DNA of 53,860 bases from Deltaproteobacteria bacterium. GTDB lineage: Bacteria; Desulfobacterota; Syntrophobacteria; BM002. Below are positions 52,894 through 53,860 of this stretch, in pieces; position 1 is the stretch's first letter; every line of letters starts with the position of its first letter. The notes under the pieces are model-generated. The model worked only from the letters and a program-made list of their open reading frames with translations, searched no databases and was not told the DNA's origin. The stretch lies in NCBI GenBank assembly GCA_020347625.1, contig CP070735.1, forward strand, positions 1,378,020-1,431,879, in the 5' to 3' direction. Made by a program: the position numbers and the translations under genes.

Positions 52894-53226
52894 TCAAAAC
52901 TCATTTACCGCATCGTCCACAGATGAGACTATGGGAAAGAGCGAAACAAATCCTGCTATCTCAAAGACCTCTCTAATGTACTCTTTCATTGACGATAGTA
53001 CGATTTTTCCTTGTGATCGTTTGATTTCCTTAGCTGCCTTCAGAAGTACGCGTAGGCCGGCACTCGAAATATAATCTAAACCTTCGAAATCCACTACAAC
53101 ACTAGTTGTGCCGTCATCAATAATTTCAAATATCTTCTTTTCAAAGTCTGGAGAAGTATTTGAATCAAGCCTTCCAAGAAGTCCTAAGATAAAAATTCCG
53201 TTTTGTTGTTTCTCGATGACCTCCAT
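52894..53226 (-). CDS. STAS-domain anti-sigma-factor antagonist (SpoIIAA/RsbV-like)
   Basis: GRLDSNTSPDFEKKI...VVVDFEGLDYISSAGLRVLL, with the phosphorylatable Ser context DYISSAGL. GGGAGGAGAG RBS. Confidence 0.85.
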   Translation of the reverse strand: MEVIEKQQNGIFILGLLGRLDSNTSPDFEKKIFEIIDDGTTSVVVDFEGLDYISSAGLRVLLKAAKEIKRSQGKIVLSSMKEYIREVFEIAGFVSLFPIVSSVDDAVNEF

Positions 53227-53284
53227 TTGCTCTCTCCTCCCTATATCGTATTTTCTTAAATTAACTGTATATGAATATGTATTC

Positions 53285-53510
53285 AGCTCCGCTTATAGCG
53301 TGCTTGAGGGCTGGGATATTCCCGAAGCGGCGTATGTAGTCAGCCTTCGCCAGCTGCCATGGATAGCCCTTCCCGCATGATGCCGCGAAGGCTGGCAATC
53401 CCGCGTGTCGCGGGACTCGGGCTGCCTCTGCCTCCGGTTCGAAGGACCTCCGCCCGGCAAGGTCGGCAGACTGAGCGTAAGCGGAGGGAACAGCTCAGCC
53501 CTCAAGTGTA
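53285..53510. other. GC-rich structured element of unknown class (ncRNA, leader or MITE-like insert)
   Basis: Perfect complementary pairs: 53287-53295/53478-53486 (9 bp), 53303-53313/53496-53506 (11 bp), 53341-53350/53385-53394 (10 bp), and hairpin 53400-53414. Set in AT-rich flanks between the kinase and STAS genes. Confidence 0.4.
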
Positions 53511-53611
53511 CGCACAGAGTTAAAGCAATAGGTATTCTACCTTTATTGATAAAGCCTAATATATCAGGATTAGGCTAACCGACAAGTCTATGCCTACAGT
53601 TTAGAAAAAAA

Positions 53612-53860
53612 TCATGATTTCTCTAAACGCTTCCTTAAAATAAGAATGTTATTGTCACCTCGCCTTTCATAGATCATATCATCAACATATTTCTTGGTGA
53701 GGTGAATGCCGAGGTTGCCGACTCTGCGCTCTTCCAGAGGACATTCACAGTCCGGTTCCTCAGCCTTTAGCGGGTTAAAGGGCATGCCATCGTCCTCTAT
53801 CCGTATGGTGAGAGTACCATTTTCATGTGAGATGGAAATTTTGATCCAATGTACACCATC
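53612..53860 (-). CDS. anti-sigma regulatory factor (HATPase_c serine kinase, SpoIIAB/RsbW-like), 3' part only, truncated by the window edge
   Basis: My translation of the minus strand from 53860: DGVHWIKISISHENGTLTIRIEDDGMPFNPLKAEEPDCECPLEERRVGNLGIHLTKKYVDDMIYERRGDNNILILRKRLEKS, with the stop at 53612-53614. Confidence 0.75.
   Translation of the reverse strand, partial: DGVHWIKISISHENGTLTIRIEDDGMPFNPLKAEEPDCECPLEERRVGNLGIHLTKKYVDDMIYERRGDNNILILRKRLEKS

Noticed and set aside
53436-53443. tRNA-like GGTTCGAA T-loop words. Similar words occur at about 1888 and about 10866.
   Set aside because: No flanking T-stem, acceptor stem or anticodon arm can be drawn. Two of the three occurrences are inside well-supported CDSs.
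53293-53505. 70-aa minus-strand ORF inside the GC-rich element
   Set aside because: The translation is Pro/Arg/Ser-rich with no start context. The ORF coincides exactly with the stem-forming GC-rich block, so it is most likely a by-product of composition.
53506-53600. Possible c-di-GMP-I (GEMM-I) riboswitch: ACGCACAG followed by two hairpins and an AAAGCC...GGCTAACCGA segment on the plus strand
   Set aside because: The resemblance rests on a few remembered consensus words. No plus-strand gene lies downstream for it to regulate. The hairpins (CAATAGGT/ACCTTTATTG and GCCTAAT/ATTAGGC) are AT-rich and better explained as the 3' end structure of the minus-strand kinase gene. A covariance-model scan is needed.

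Overview
This window reads as ordinary chromosomal DNA from a bacterium. Gene content suggests an anaerobic, diderm-type lineage, but the taxon cannot be fixed from the sequence alone. I support 46 protein-coding genes, one of them a 56-aa gene missing from the ORF track and one truncated at the right edge. I also call several sigma70-like promoters, one ECF-type promoter and four intrinsic terminators. I found no rRNA, tRNA, CRISPR array, transposase or integrase.

Main blocks:
- 21-3100: an FDH-N-like formyltransferase with a PqqD-like protein and unknowns.
- 23887-5293: an 18.6-kb run of genes all on the minus strand. It joins a glycosyltransferase island to an unusual MacB/FtsX-type ABC module. 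That module contains a 1634-aa fusion of a catalytically degenerate M28/PA ectodomain to an FtsX permease, followed by two unassigned polytopic membrane proteins of about 660-680 aa. This is my best candidate for an undescribed system.
- 26872-29769: a helicase fused to an exonuclease, resembling MrfA plus MrfB.
- 35023-37789: an AmmeMemoRadiSam pair in which both proteins carry export signals.
- 44699-47011: an intact cysteine synthase fused to a full-length CysRS scaffold that has lost its HIGH motif and its Zn-binding cysteines.
- 50011-53860: a signalling cluster (cNMP-binding, FHA, STAS, anti-sigma kinase) with abnormally long non-coding spacers. One spacer holds a GC-rich element of about 225 nt with interleaved perfect helices.

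At the sequence level, nearly every intergenic spacer is built from degenerate tandem arrays with a 7-nt period (one family has 8 nt). These arrays often occur as inverted pairs that would form long hairpins at gene ends.

All functional calls come from motifs read by eye in the translations. No database search was run.
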